In this document: in pieces, positions 12,901-23,271 of the stretch
How the letters are laid out: each line of letters opens with the position of its first letter
Numbering within the stretch: position 1 is the first letter of the stretch
Origin: Rhizaria sp. SCN 62-66
Taxonomy: Eukaryota
DNA length: 64,000 bases
Direction of reading: 5' to 3'
Assembly: GCA_001724265.1 (NCBI GenBank)
Contig: MEDY01000056.1
Span: 1-64,000, forward strand
Notes under the pieces: generated by a model
Databases searched by the model: none
The model's input: the letters and a program-made list of their open reading frames with translations, nothing else
What the model was told of the DNA's origin: nothing
Program-made: the position numbers and the translations under genes

Positions 12901-15900
12901 TGGCGCGCGACGGGGCGGGGGTGACCGTGGGCTCGCCGTCGCTCGGGCACCGCCACCCGCGCGGCTGCGGCGGCGCCAGCGGCAGCGGGACACCGTTCGC
13001 AGTCTCCGCGTTCGCGTTGGAGTTCGTACCGGCGCTAGATACGGCGCTAAAGCTAGAGCGAGAACGTGCGTTTGAGCCAGCGGACACGGGGAATAAAGGG
13101 CGACGTGCAGCTGCGATGGAGAGATAGTCGCTAAGCAGGGACGCGGCGAGGGCGCGCAATGACAGTGTAACAGATGACGAGTACTCGGCTAAGGGGTCGC
13201 GCGCAAGTGTAAGTGCGAGCGGGGTTGTTGAAGGGACTGCGCTAGATGCGACCGACGCAAGAACTGCGTTCAAGTCAGTCGCACAGAGAGACGCACGCAC
13301 GAGCGACTGAGACAACACGGTTGCCGCCGCGTTGTTGCCCCCGCCCGAATTACTGGGTGCAGCGCACGCAGCAGCGGCGCCCGTCACAGCGGCCGCTTCG
13401 GAGGCCGCGATGGCGCCAATCCAGCGTGCTACGGCCGTTGTCGCTGCAGATGCAGGAGCTTGTGGAGCAGCGCCAGTGCCAGCAACGGCCGCCAGCGCGC
13501 TTGCAACAGCGGATACAAACGGCGTCGCCGCGCTCGCATTCGAAGTCGCACTGTCGGATAAGAGAGTGGAGACAGCGGGCGACGCCAACAGCGCATCACC
13601 GGCAAGTGTGGCAAGCAGAGTGACTGTCGGCAGATGCAGGAAGCTGCCTGCAGTCGCTGGGGACGCAGCGCAAGCAACAGCGGGAGGCGAGAAAAGGAGC
13701 GAAAGTAGAGTTGCGCGGGCGGCGCGTGCCAGTGCGCTGACAGAGACGGAGCTTATGTGAGCAGCGCGTTGCTCAGCAAATATTGAGATTTCCAACGGAT
13801 GTGCAGCTGTGTTAGCATTTGACGTGACAGGAGAAGTCTGACTCACGTCGCATGCAGCATTGCACGCAGTCGCAAGCGTCGACAGCACATAAACCAGCGG
13901 CGCGGCGCCGCTGCAATCACCGTGGTCGAATTCGACATTGCTCGCGATACTAATGTCGCTATTATCAGTCACCACCGTGGCCAGCCGAGTGAGGTGCGCA
14001 ATGCGCGCCGACTGCAGCAAGCATGCCGCGGTCGGATACAGCGCCAGCGCCGCGTCGATACCGTCCTTCACGGTCTCGACCCCGACGCGGACACCGGAGC
14101 TGTCGCCGTCAGAGCTGTCCGCAAGCTCGGAAGCGGCAAGCTCCAGCGCGCCCTCGGGCAGCGTGAGCGTCTCAGACGCCACGGCCAGGTGCTTACCGCA
14201 GTCCGCCACAGCGCGCGCCAGCGCCTTGTGCGGCGAGACGCCGGCCGCCAGCCAGCCCTCGAGCGCGGCGGCTGCAGGGGCCGCGGCGCGCGCCGAGAGC
14301 CACTGCAGCGGCCACAGGAGCCCTGCGTTAAGCGCGGCGGATAGCGTCAGGGACGCGGACACCGGGACGCGCACGCGCACGGGCGACGGCACAGCTGCAT
14401 GGAAGGAAGCGGCGTTCGCGGCATTTGTTGTCGTGACGATGCTGTCTTGCTTCGCGCCAAGAGCGCCCCACTTCTGCGCGGTGCTGGCGCCTATGTCACC
14501 AGCTTCCGCAGCAGCCAAGTCAGAACCAGCGGTGTTCTTGGCGCCGGATTTGGCCTTGCGCTGCCGCACTCCGTCGCTATTGCGCCGTGAGTCGCCGTCA
14601 TCGCCATCGTCGCCGTCGCTGTCACTGGCGCCGGTGGCGGCGCTGCGGTCGCGGCCGCTGTCGGCGCCATAGAGCCAGCGCTGACGCCAGACCTGCAGCG
14701 CGCGCGACGGGCGCGGCTGCTGCTGCGGGGGCAAGTGCGCCGTGCTGGGGTTCTGCCGCACAACCGCCCAGTGCAGACTCTCGACACCGCTCAGAGTCGT
14801 CTCCACCTTCGCATTCAACTGTTGCTGCTGCGGCTGCTGCTGACGTAACAGGCGCTGCTCACGGTCTTTGTTGGCGAGCTCGCGAATCTCCCCTTTGCAC
14901 GCCTCCGCGAGCGTGAGCGCCCCCACAGAAATCAGCTGCGCGTGAACACCCTGCGGCACAAGCGCGCGCAGCGCGCCCAGCGCCGCCGCGCGCGCAGCGG
15001 CCCGCGCTGCGCCCTCCGCCGCGTCCATCGCCGCCTTGTCGCGGCTGCTGCCCGTCAGCGCCGCCGCCATCGCGCCCTCCGCGCTCGCACCCACGTCGCC
15101 GCACGCACTGTGCGTCGCGGCCGTCGCGGAGGCTTCGTCGCCGCCCCAGCCCGCGGCGTCAGCGGCGGCGTCGACGCGCGCCCTGAGCTGCGTCTGCAGC
15201 CGCGCGCTAGCGCTGTGCACGTGCCCGAGCAGCCGCAGCAGCGTCGCGGGTAGCGGCGGGGCGCCGGAGGCGGCGGCGCTGCTCGCGACGGCGGCGGCGC
15301 GCGCGGCAGCAGACGCAGTGGCGGCCGCCTCGCTGGTCACACTCGAGCTTAAGCTGGGGCCGGCGCTACTGACACTGGCGCTGACACCGGCGCCGGCGCG
15401 CGCAGCGTCAGTGGCCGCCTCCGCGGCTGCGGCCGCGCGGGCGGCCGCGAGCACCGCGTCGCGCGGGCACGCCAGCGCCACGGCGTCGCAGAGCAGAAAG
15501 CTGAGCCGCGCCACCGCGCGCGTCGCCGCGGGCATGGTGGTGGCGGCCGCGGCGGCCAGGTCCGCAGCGGCCGCGGCGCAACGGGCGTCGGCATCCCGCA
15601 GCCGCAGCAGCTGTGCGCCCGTGGGGGTCGCGGGGGCCGCGGCGGCGACGGCGGCCGCGGCGGCGGCGGCCTCGGCGTAGACGGAGCGGTTGGCCGCCAG
15701 CTCGGCCTCGGCGGCGGCGAGCGCGGCCTCGACTGCGGCGCCGCGGTCGCGCCAGACTGCCAGTACCTCGCCGTAGCCGGCCGCGGCGGCCACGGCGAGC
15801 GCGGCGCCGTCTGGGACCGGCGCGGCAGGCGGCGCAAGGGCGGTGAGGGCGGCGGCGTGGTGCGCGCGCGCGGTCGCGGCGGCGGCGTCGCAGGAGGTGA

Positions 15901-16207
15901 GGAGCGAGGACGCGTCTTCGCGGATCGAGGCGAGCGCGGCCGAGAGCGACGCGTGGTGCGCTGGCAGCTGCGCGGCGAGCGCAGAGAGGGAGCCAGAGAG
16001 CGAGGACTCGGCGGAGGAGAGCGCGGAGGCCGTGGCCGCGAGAGAGGCTGATGTGGGGTAGCCCGGGGAGGACGGGGAGGGCAGAGGGAGCAGGGCGGCC
16101 GTGGAGGCGTCGAGCGAGGACCGCAGCGCGCGGGCCGCGACCGGATCGCTTTCTACAGGCATGGTGGGCGCGGGCGGGGAGCCCGCGGGTGACGTCAACG
16201 ACGACAT
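6989..16207 (-). CDS. Very large Ala-rich protein (3072 aa), probable RINT1/TIP20/MAG2-family tethering factor
   Basis: Uninterrupted frame from ATG 16207 to TAA 6989-6991. The C-terminal segments VWLDVCARLDTYLFN...RVARDALAVIAL...LFPKTVSALVVWSM...EWGVRGVTVEEAVSLL resemble the RINT1/Tip20 C-terminus, and there is an N-terminal coiled-coil-like region. The CDS is solid; the family call is tentative. Confidence 0.5.
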   Translation of the reverse strand: MSSLTSPAGSPPAPTMPVESDPVAARALRSSLDASTAALLPLPSPSSPGYPTSASLAATASALSSAESSLSGSLSALAAQLPAHHASLSAALASIREDASSLLTSCDAAAATARAHHAAALTALAPPAAPVPDGAALAVAAAAGYGEVLAVWRDRGAAVEAALAAAEAELAANRSVYAEAAAAAAAVAAAAPATPTGAQLLRLRDADARCAAAAADLAAAAATTMPAATRAVARLSFLLCDAVALACPRDAVLAAARAAAAAEAATDAARAGAGVSASVSSAGPSLSSSVTSEAAATASAAARAAAVASSAAASGAPPLPATLLRLLGHVHSASARLQTQLRARVDAAADAAGWGGDEASATAATHSACGDVGASAEGAMAAALTGSSRDKAAMDAAEGAARAAARAAALGALRALVPQGVHAQLISVGALTLAEACKGEIRELANKDREQRLLRQQQPQQQQLNAKVETTLSGVESLHWAVVRQNPSTAHLPPQQQPRPSRALQVWRQRWLYGADSGRDRSAATGASDSDGDDGDDGDSRRNSDGVRQRKAKSGAKNTAGSDLAAAEAGDIGASTAQKWGALGAKQDSIVTTTNAANAASFHAAVPSPVRVRVPVSASLTLSAALNAGLLWPLQWLSARAAAPAAAALEGWLAAGVSPHKALARAVADCGKHLAVASETLTLPEGALELAASELADSSDGDSSGVRVGVETVKDGIDAALALYPTAACLLQSARIAHLTRLATVVTDNSDISIASNVEFDHGDCSGAAPLVYVLSTLATACNAACDVSQTSPVTSNANTAAHPLEISIFAEQRAAHISSVSVSALARAARATLLSLLFSPPAVACAASPATAGSFLHLPTVTLLATLAGDALLASPAVSTLLSDSATSNASAATPFVSAVASALAAVAGTGAAPQAPASAATTAVARWIGAIAASEAAAVTGAAAACAAPSNSGGGNNAAATVLSQSLVRASLCATDLNAVLASVASSAVPSTTPLALTLARDPLAEYSSSVTLSLRALAASLLSDYLSIAAARRPLFPVSAGSNARSRSSFSAVSSAGTNSNANAETANGVPLPLAPPQPRGWRCPSDGEPTVTPAPSRATPAAVAALLRPFLAASDEGVGSVGVGATVGAVAATELVWLETGDIGNDNGEDDDYDENEEGSDSARPNSSSARAAAMRLLLASPTPLQLLTVARITQAASLLHCYANDSAAECSGADRRAMNAAASALGGVAACELTMSPSHADSDPQPQVQQAQSSNGSGSNAPAAALARFTALAAFASAADAAAPHSAASHDPSHSAAAAPQQPWLTTLPSSLFAEPRTPAAAALAVATADSGALAQSLARLPLPLVAVGALRALATADSTNGDDCDSCGGGLTLVQRILALTAPGTLSATAADGASVAAVARSALEEAAALLHSEDNSKETGDRLREQYAQLRALVAATATTASPASANKATGNRALAPASVAAVATAVTSLAAAAAADAPSLLAAPELEEYALIYLACAQPASLATPSTSANGAPNTGAASFVTVVAAETPASSLWGTGGLGEAVGSALDAAVGSALRLATGSANNAAAAGGVTAVTPRDVGAAGQSGLRKGGGNPNNSSAGGDALDTIARGALAAWRATMVDDDDDNEDEDEDAAYDDGNELYGDAEARRKGTSPSNSNVLLPPIPPAPLLCPWPWLPVRANQVGNGDGTGDDYDDVAAAEDVCAVAAVLADADATSERVLKQLYALPTSIITKYAQAPTGAVVEYDNGDDYDDDNSAVLLSWIAPMRAHVAAAAARTAASVSAMSSASPNALIVSGGGKATVNRWAESVASRVSLLAHAMLSPINSLGSRTINLTVRCHLPLLASTGAAGPSLLSLLTVTPDLFSLYLSSLRELFVSRVLAVSGPSVASALGDDPALTMLTPSPAAAAAAASAVQRTLGSSHAPANAESPHGGRDHDSDADAWRAFVVPSRGRGKSPASLRFTPSSGFATLAPAANPAAHHIAGGNHRRGTSAGIGLAGAAGARPLASAATLAASAKIKNKAAAAAATAAAEALESERRRWSALPVLPRAAPDSVTAVAGGDNAVQVATAARVPPPQTLVGNALVELIHGLTSSLAPARLPAAAKLQIIFQAVAPTLKTVAAALWTRLRRLDAAAAAFTTAAATGLLADAAATAAAAATAAAASTGTGGVGFMSLLARAARAGAGGATDGTKTAGDSVFVPFASASAAVMGGDADALSPSEFLTGVSVVVATAQQLHAATASGATSGVLATGVANMAALVPAYALMLRARARERLWTAARDALLAVFAPDVTDIGRRSKSKSSENNHKRCLTAASDASTNLLVVPALLTPSVAAGVSPAAVALLLQTLLAPPQPSASDLVTATVTDIPALLRREQAWVSATVQAWAKVDSALAAATANSVNGVSASANALADAWSAVVAVAAASGSGNGHNAPAQARRAMLAATAVTAGGSVGAAVALVRSYTRTGTGSDRGLAQHLASSTITANVASDAGVSSFSFFAPFRRDCESVMAAGARALSDHITSLFIAGSSGYAAAVAQLSQRAYDSDRNAIRRARSAADAATTCGGATGAAAAAALAPNAPRALMTAVDAAEREQAKRERAVLRAVRDTATKQQRAAAAAWGATHTDVTFRHQLAAQANNKAGQTSPRNAVATGDDANDHDEDEIAPVLVAPLTLLSSLSALLLRHTAAATAQRVWLDVCARLDTYLFNAWAAPPPGASMHPRARVRVARDALAVIALASERCNALEAAAASTALGDDCSVAAAGAGWTRDPRWREQLSQSPWARARVLPLSAAGLFPKTVSALVVWSMDATTHHVLLDVATAARDVAAAVAALPATDRAAAAAATTAAGARGGWSAGRRAVSLEEEETVWAVAGTLEDAKQRLASAAALPQPLLEWGVRGVTVEEAVSLLQTHLKSLPPVAAQRGDDDSEGEGEREQGGAVSGFGFIDDGWDAFPTRNIQQQQRQPQQQWQQTAQFDGGRDHKEDNRSVSSHAPAPAAAKPDRTPMTNNNDWGNAWDALAPVAAAPAVLASVPTSAPVATFGTSAPTAPAATKNDDMAWDIDLS

Positions 16208-16767
16208 GTGCAGTTTGCTGTCGTCGATTTTTTGGGTTGTTCTGTGAGCTGGGCGGGCGATATCAAGAGAGAGAGGGGGACGAGTCAGCAGTGAAGAGCA
16301 AGATATTTGAGTTTGATATGAACATGTAGACAACACATATTAGAAATGCAAACAACTAGTCAATAGTGAATTTGCAATTAATTCTACCAAGTTCAGCCTG
16401 ATTCAAAATAACGGACGTTTTGCTTCCGTTCTAGGCCCTTGATTTGGTGATGACTTGTGAGGCTGATCTTTGTTGGTGCACTCGGCGATGACCGTTGAGT
16501 TAGGCAGCACGTTTCAAGTCACAAGTGCGCACGATACCAAACAATACCCATCAATAGTTTTACTAAGGTATTTTTGCAATACAAATAATGCATATGATAC
16601 GATCAAATCGAAGTCTATGTATCGGTATGCCTTGCAAAGGCATGGTTGTCAGCTGTAACAAAACAAAGCTCGTCGCACAGCTGATCACGTTAAGCTAATA
16701 TAACATCCTAAAAACAGATAATTGAAAGTACAAACATAACATAAATATACAGATTGCGCGTTATTAC

Positions 16768-19700
16768 TTATGTCCACGGCAGGAACATGACGAACAACGC
16801 CGTGCCGAGGAGCGTGTAGACCGCGACCCACAGTCCCACGGGGCCGGACTCGAACACAAGCCTACACAGCAGCCATCCCGCCTGCGCGCACGCAGCCGCA
16901 ACAAGGCTCAGCCCCGCAGCAGCACGCGTGGACAGAGCGCTCAAGTGGCCAGCACGGCCGCCGCCCCTGCCCCTGCCGCCCGAGCCCGCCGCCGCTGCTT
17001 GTTGGAGCTGCGTGGCCGTCGTGAGGACGTTGCAGCACTCTTGCCCGAACCCACTGTTGACGCCCACGCGCGCTGCGAGCGCGCCGGCGTCGGTCTGCCG
17101 CAGCGCCTCGGCGTGCCGCAGCCGCGCACTCGCCAGCCGCGCCCTCAGCCCGCCCTGCGAGCGGGTCTCTGGCTGAGAGCGCGAAAGCGGCTGCGCCTGC
17201 GAGCCGACAGCCTGTGCGCCCGTCTGCTGCTGAGCTTTCGCCCTCGGCCTGGCGTTGAGCGCAAAGCGCGCGAGCGCCCAGTACAGCGCGGGACACGCCG
17301 AGAGAAACCGTGTGGCGACTTGAACGTGCATGACCGTGAGCGCGGTGACCGTGAGCACCAGGATGTGGCCCCAGTAGGGCAACTCGGCGATCGAGGTCGC
17401 GATGTCGCTGTACAGCGCGGTCGTCACACCGGTCGGATTGCTTTCAGGGGCGCTATGACTGGACTGCAAATGCGAGTGACTGTGGGCAGCGCGGGTAGAG
17501 ACAGTAAACGCGGCAGTCGGTGCCGCCGCGGGGCGCGCGTGGCCACTGGCGTGGCCACTGTTGATGGCGTCAGAAAGAGCGACCGCGTTGCCAATGGCAG
17601 CTGCTCCCGCGATTGACTTGGAACTCGTCAATGCGTTCGCGACGACGCCATCGCCATCATCGTCGTCATCGTCATTGCCATCACCATCGCCGTCGTAGGT
17701 CGCGCTGTGGCGAGAGGAGAGCGTCAAGGGCAGTGACCTGTTGGCACCGAGGCTCGGCACGGGCGACAACATTTCCTTCAGGTTGCCGAACCTGTCCACA
17801 TACGTGCCCCTGCTCTTGCTCGTGTCAATCTGCAGATCTACCCGACTATTGCCCACCATGCACTTAGCGCAGCTACGCTTCCCCGTCATTGTCCGCGCCA
17901 AGCCCGCCGCCGCGGCCCCGGCCGCCGCCGCCGCGGCTACTGCGGCGGCCTCGTCCTCGGAGGCGACCCCGAGCCCCGCCGCCGCGGCCTGCGCGCGCGC
18001 ACCGGCGGCCGCGTCCCCGACCTCGGCCGCCGCGGCGAGCGCGCGCAGCCAGGCGAGCGCGCCCCAGAACACCGCCAGCAGCGCGGGCGCCGCGAGGAGG
18101 AAGTTGGGGAGCTGCGCGGGCGTGTAGTAGGCGAAGAGCCCAAGGCCCCAGAAGCGTGCCTGCAGGGAGGAGTAGACCGACAGAGGCGGGAACGGGGTCC
18201 AGGGCAGCGTGACGTAGACGTGCCGACGACGGCGGGGCCTGCTGCTGGTCATGACTCTGCCAGCGCCGGAGCCGGTGCCGGTGCTGGCGCTGGCGAGACC
18301 GCTGGCGTAGCTGTCGATGTCGCTGTCGGCGTACAAGGTCGCGGTGTTCGAGGTCAGCGTAAGCACTCCGTGCGCCTGCGCCTGCGAGTCTAGCTGAGCC
18401 TGTGACCGCGACTGTAAGCCAGTGACCGTGGGCAGTTCGACGGTGACTGCAGTGAGCGAGTACGGGTGCACGGTGCCCTCAGTAAGCAGCTCTTCGCCGG
18501 TGAACGCGAAGGCAAAGCGACGCTCGCTGGCCAGTGTCGCAATGACGGCGGCGCGACGAGCGAGCGCGGACGCACTTTCATCATCGGCAACAGAAGCTCT
18601 TCCACTCTCCCCAGCTGCAGAGTCATCACTCGCACCATTGCCGCTGCCGCCAGAGTCGCTGTGGCCGTCGCCGCGGTAGGTGCGTCCCTCGTACGTCACG
18701 CTGCCGTCGTCGTCGGTGACGGGGGAGGCGCCGTCGAACTGGGACAGGAACGGCCGGCCGATCCGAGCCAGCCACCCGCCATTGCTTGCCGCACTCGCAC
18801 TCAGTTGTCCGGAAGCAGCAGCGGAGGCAGCGGCAGCGGCGGCGGCTGCGACTTCGGCGGTGGCCTTGTCGGTCGCGGTCCTGGGTACAAACGCCGGGGC
18901 CAGTGCGTCCGCCGCCGCCGCGGCCTGCTCCACACGGGGCGCGACCGCGAGCTGCAGCGCCGCCCCCAGCAGCGCCTCGGCGGCGTCGCAGAGCGCCGAG
19001 GCCGGCAGCAGCGGCAGCAGCGAGGGCTCGCCGCGCGCGGGGCACGAGAGGCGGAAGGTCAGCGCGCCGGCGCCGCGGCAGTAGGGCGGGACCACGGGCG
19101 CGGGCGCGGCGGCGAACTGCGCCGCGGCGGGGGATGTTTCTGTCAGAGGGGCCAGGGGCAAAGGGGGCACGGTCAGAGAGGGCGACGGTGATGGCGCGGG
19201 CGCGGCGTAGGGCGCGGCGCGGAGGGGCGCGAACGCGTCGTGCGGGTGCGCCGGGTAGCAGTGGCGCGCGTAGGCAAACGATTGGACGAAGACCACGGGC
19301 GCTGCAATGAGGAGCACCGACGTGAAAGTCATCGAGATGAGTTTGCGCACAATCATGACGACCTTGAACCAGTTGAACGCCGTGTGCGCATACACTGTGC
19401 AGTTCGCAGATGACTACGAGGATGACGACGGTGGTGATAGAGATCCAGCCTCGTCAGAGCCGCTGTCGCGCGCGCTCCGGGACGAGCCCCGCTTCGACTT
19501 GCGCCCGCTGCGGCCGCTGCTGGAAGTTTGGCCGGCCCGGGCGGAGCGAGGGCGCTGCTGAGACGCTGTCGCCACAGCTACAGCCGCAAACGCCTCCGCG
19601 GGGGTGATGGAGAAGGACGACGAGTGCGAGTGCACATAGCCAGTGTACGCGCCGCCGCCAGCGCCTATGAGGAGGCCCGCAGACTCGATGTCGGTCGCGT

Positions 19701-22116
19701 TGCCCTCGGCCTCGGTCACTTCAGCCTCAGTGGCCTCGGCGACGTCGGCCTCGGCGGCGCCGGCGTCGGCGGCGTCGGCCTCGGCGCCCGCAAATATCTC
19801 TGCATCGGTGTCACCAGAGGAGTCGCCACGCCCAACACTGCCTGCGTTGTTGCTGTTGCTGTTGAAGTTGCGGCTATTGGGGAGAGCGCCATTGTAATAC
19901 GAGTCGGCGTTGGAGAGAGACTGCGCGTTGCCAACACTAGCCTTGTTGGGACTGTTGTCGCGGCGGTCAGACGTGGCAATGCGCGTGAAGCCTGCATGTT
20001 CAGCAGCAGTGTGGCCCGAGCCCCCACTCATGCAGGGACTCAGCGCGCTGAGACGGCGCCGCACCGCGGCCGGCAGCACCGCGACACACGCCCGGCGCGC
20101 GGCGCGACACGCGGCCACTCGCACGCGCAGCAGCACCGCACGCGCGCGCCGCACCGCGCTGATTGCCGCGGGGCGGGAAGTTAGGCCGCAGCAGAGGCGC
20201 GGCTTAGTCGCGGAAGGCTGGTCGCTGCTGGAGGCGCCGCTGTAAGAGCTGCCCCCGTGATCGTCGTCGGTCTGCCAGTCCCCTTCGCGGTGGCTGCCGA
20301 TATCGCTGTTGCCGCCGGGTGCCGGGGCGCCGCCGCGCTCACAGTCGCAGTGGCCGCAGCCGTCGGCGCAGCCGCCGCAGAGCGAGTCGCCGTCTGCGCC
20401 GCAGTCGGCGTCGCAGTCGATGTCGCAGTCGATGTCCACATCGGCGGCGGCGTCGGCGGTGGCGGCAACAACGGTCAGCGCCACAGCCTCTGGTCCAGTC
20501 GGTGAAACAAGAGTCTCTGTCTTGGCGCGAGCGCTGGCGCTGCCGGGGCGGCTGCTGCTTGCGCGAGCGCTTGCACTGCTAGGACGACTGCCCTTGCGCA
20601 GACTGATGCCAAGCGAGTTGTTGCTGGTGAGAGCCGCATTGTCCTTGTGTACGCTCACGTTACCACTGCTCGTACGTACGCCGGCGTGCGTGGTGTGTGT
20701 GACGGGATTGGCGCTGCAAGCAGCGACCGCGGGCCGGGTTTCCCTCTCCAGCCGGACGAGCATCCGCGCCGCATCCGCGGCCACCGGCGCCAGCGCGGTG
20801 GCGAGCATGGGCCAGACGACAAAGCCGGTGAGCGTAACGCCGTTGCTGCGCGCGGCCGTGGCAAGCACGCAGAGCGCGACGCCGGCGCTGGCCACGAGCA
20901 TCGACGCGGCGACGCGGGCCGCGAGCAGTAGAAGTGACGGCAGCCGCCGGCGCAGGGCGCGCAGCCACGCGCGCGCGCGGGGGAAGCGGGACCGCGCGCA
21001 CACAGACGTGGGACTGCGGGCCAAGTCAAGCGCAGAGCCGGAGCTGGAGCTCGAGCCGGAGTCATCTGCGTCGGCATCTGGGTCGGAGTCGGAGTTGGAG
21101 CCAGGGTCAGACCAGTCATCATCATCGTCGTCACCGCCGCCGCCACCAGCATTGCTGGTGGCGCCACCGTCCGCCGCGTTCGATGCTGCGATGCGGCGCT
21201 TTTCCTTCTCGTCGGCCTCGGCCGCGGCCGCAATGCGGGCCGACGCGACGTGCAGCAGCAGGCACGCGGTTAGCGACAGCAGCGCGTAGAGAGACTCCGT
21301 GTACGCGGCCGAGAAAAACACGCTGGCCGGGGTCGCGGCGAACAGCAGCGCCGCGGCCAGCGCCAGGGCCTCGCCGCGGGCGCGCACTGCAGCGGCAGTT
21401 GCACTCACAGTCGCAAATGATGCAGATGCTGCCGCCACAGAGGCTGGGGCAAGCGCTGCTGCTGTCACGCCGTCTTCAGACACTGGGGAAACGGGCAAGA
21501 AAGCGGGCGCAGGGACAAGGACGCGGCGCGAGAGAGCGTACATGACGAGCGCGGCCGCGACGGAGGCCGCATTGCTGACAACCAAAGCAGCGAGCACCAA
21601 CAACTCGCGCGCACACCAAACACTCAGGCCAAATGACTCACGCAGAGACGCAACCAACTTGGCCACGAGCAAGACAAGGGAAGGGTAGAGTGGAAAGAAT
21701 GCGTGCATTTTCTCAGCATGATAGCCGAACTGTGCGATTTCGAGGTATAGCAGTCCGTCCCAATGTGCGAACGCAGCGGCAGCACGGGATAACAGCCCGG
21801 GACTGAGAGGGAAGCCCTGCGCGGTGCAGTGTGGCGCCTGCGGGGCAGCATAGGGCAGCCACGGAGACGTCTCAGTAAGCGGTGGTGACGGGTAAGGCTA
21901 CGCTGGCGGGATAGGAGCAGGCGTTGTCTGGGAAAAAGAGCTGGAGGGGGTCGGGAGGTACGGAGGCTGTTCGGCGAGGTGTTTGAAGTCTGCATCATGC
22001 GATGGGAAGCTACCCACTGCACTGTAGATAGTAAAGCCCCACGTAAGGACTGTAGTGCGGAAAAATATGGCAAAGACCAGCACTACGAGCCATCCAGGCG
22101 GCTTGGCAGACAACAT
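16768..22116 (-). CDS. PIGV: GPI mannosyltransferase 2 (PIG-V/GPI18), 1782 aa, read through two in-frame TAGs
   Basis: Track ORFs 21898..22131, 19414..21708 and 16768..19395 share one frame and are separated only by TAG codons. Joined, they give PIG-V motifs in the right order: N-terminal TM, AHWDGLLYLEIAQFGYHAEKMHAFFPLYP, PASVFFSAAYTESLYA, ATAARSNG, YSSLQARFWGLGLFAYYTPAQLPNFLLAAP, MHVQVATRFLSACPALYW, terminal FLPWT. Stop TAA. Confidence 0.92.
19414..19416 (-). other. In-frame TAG in PIG-V (context PPSSSS*SSANCT)
   Basis: Separates the RSNG-containing half from the QLPNFLLA/FLPWT half. The frame is continuous on both sides. Confidence 0.9.
21898..21900 (-). other. In-frame TAG in PIG-V (context APIPPA*PYPSPP)
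   Basis: Lies between the start ATG/first TM helix and the conserved WD motif. There is no in-frame ATG between the TAG and the WD motif. Confidence 0.9.
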
Positions 22117-22416
22117 TTGCAGCCGCCGCACACACCTAGAAGAGGAAAGAGGCTATGGGTATGGGTGGATAACAAGTCCCGATGAGCACATGAATATAAA
22201 AAATACAATATAACTGTAATTAAAATAGTAATTTCGGAGTAATGTTGACACTTGGCGGAACACAGATTGAGGTATTATGCATGCAAAGTGGCCGACACGA
22301 GAGTGCTCACGGTCACTCTGGCTGGCGAAGGTTTGAACCTCGGAACGTTGCGGGGTGATGATAACGACGTTGAACTGCAAGCTACGTCCGTCCAACAGCG
22401 GTTAAACTCACTCACC

Positions 22417-23271
22417 ATGGCCAGTGGAGCGAAGTCTATTAATCTTGATGATTGCACCCCTCAGCAGCTCGAGCAGCTTCACCAGGGCATGACCCAGGAG
22501 CTGCAGATGCTCACCTCTTCCATGGGCACTCTCAAGCTCGCGATGAACAAGTACAAGTTCTCCAAGGACGCCATTGACAGCCTCAAGGTTGCCAAGGACG
22601 AGAGTACGTCACTTTATCTCCTGCCTATTACCACGTCACGCTTCATGTTATGCATATTTATCTCCTCGTTTGCTTCTCGGAGCGCGTGCTCACACTTCTC
22701 AACCGTTGCGTTGTTCGCCTTTCTGCCCTTCTCTCTCTTTGCGCCTAATCATTTCTCGCCTCTCTTCGCCTTCGCAGCCAAAAACACCCTGATCCCGCTC
22801 ACCAGCTCGCTCTACATCCCCGGCAAGATCAAGTCCGTCCAGTCCGCGCTGGTCGACATCGGCACTGGCTACTTCGTCGAGAAGTCCCTCGACGGCGCTG
22901 CCGAGTACTTCGAGGTACGTCTTGACTCCTGCTCTCCGCGATTCACTCTACATTTCAAATTTAGCACGCTTTTTACGTAGCCTCCATATACATTATGTAC
23001 CAGGAAACCATTTTATTGGCCCTGGCTCACTTTATCATCTCTTATTGTCTTTTCTGTGCTCCTTCCTATTCGCTTTCCTCTTGCGTGTGCGTTCGCGCCT
23101 CCTTAGACCAAATCGGAGATGGTGACACAGAACCTGGAGAAGGTGCAGCAGGCGATTGCAGCCAAGCGCGAGGACACGATCAAGGTCCGCGCCGCGCTGC
23201 AGGAGAAGGCCAGCATGATGGCCATGGCGCAGCAGCGCGAGATGGGCAAGCTCGACAACATCGCGCAGTAA
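22417..23271 (+). CDS. PFDN5: Prefoldin subunit 5 (alpha type), 162 aa; exons 22417-22603, 22778-22914, 23107-23271
   Basis: Motif LIPLTSSLYIPGKI...LVDIGTGYFVEKS. Two GTACGT..AG introns (22604-22777, 22915-23106) restore the frame. Stop TAA. Confidence 0.93.

Noticed and set aside
16447-16500. GTGATGA...CTGA box C/D-like motifs in the spacer
   Set aside because: Spacing is too short, and no terminal stem or rRNA complementarity was identified.
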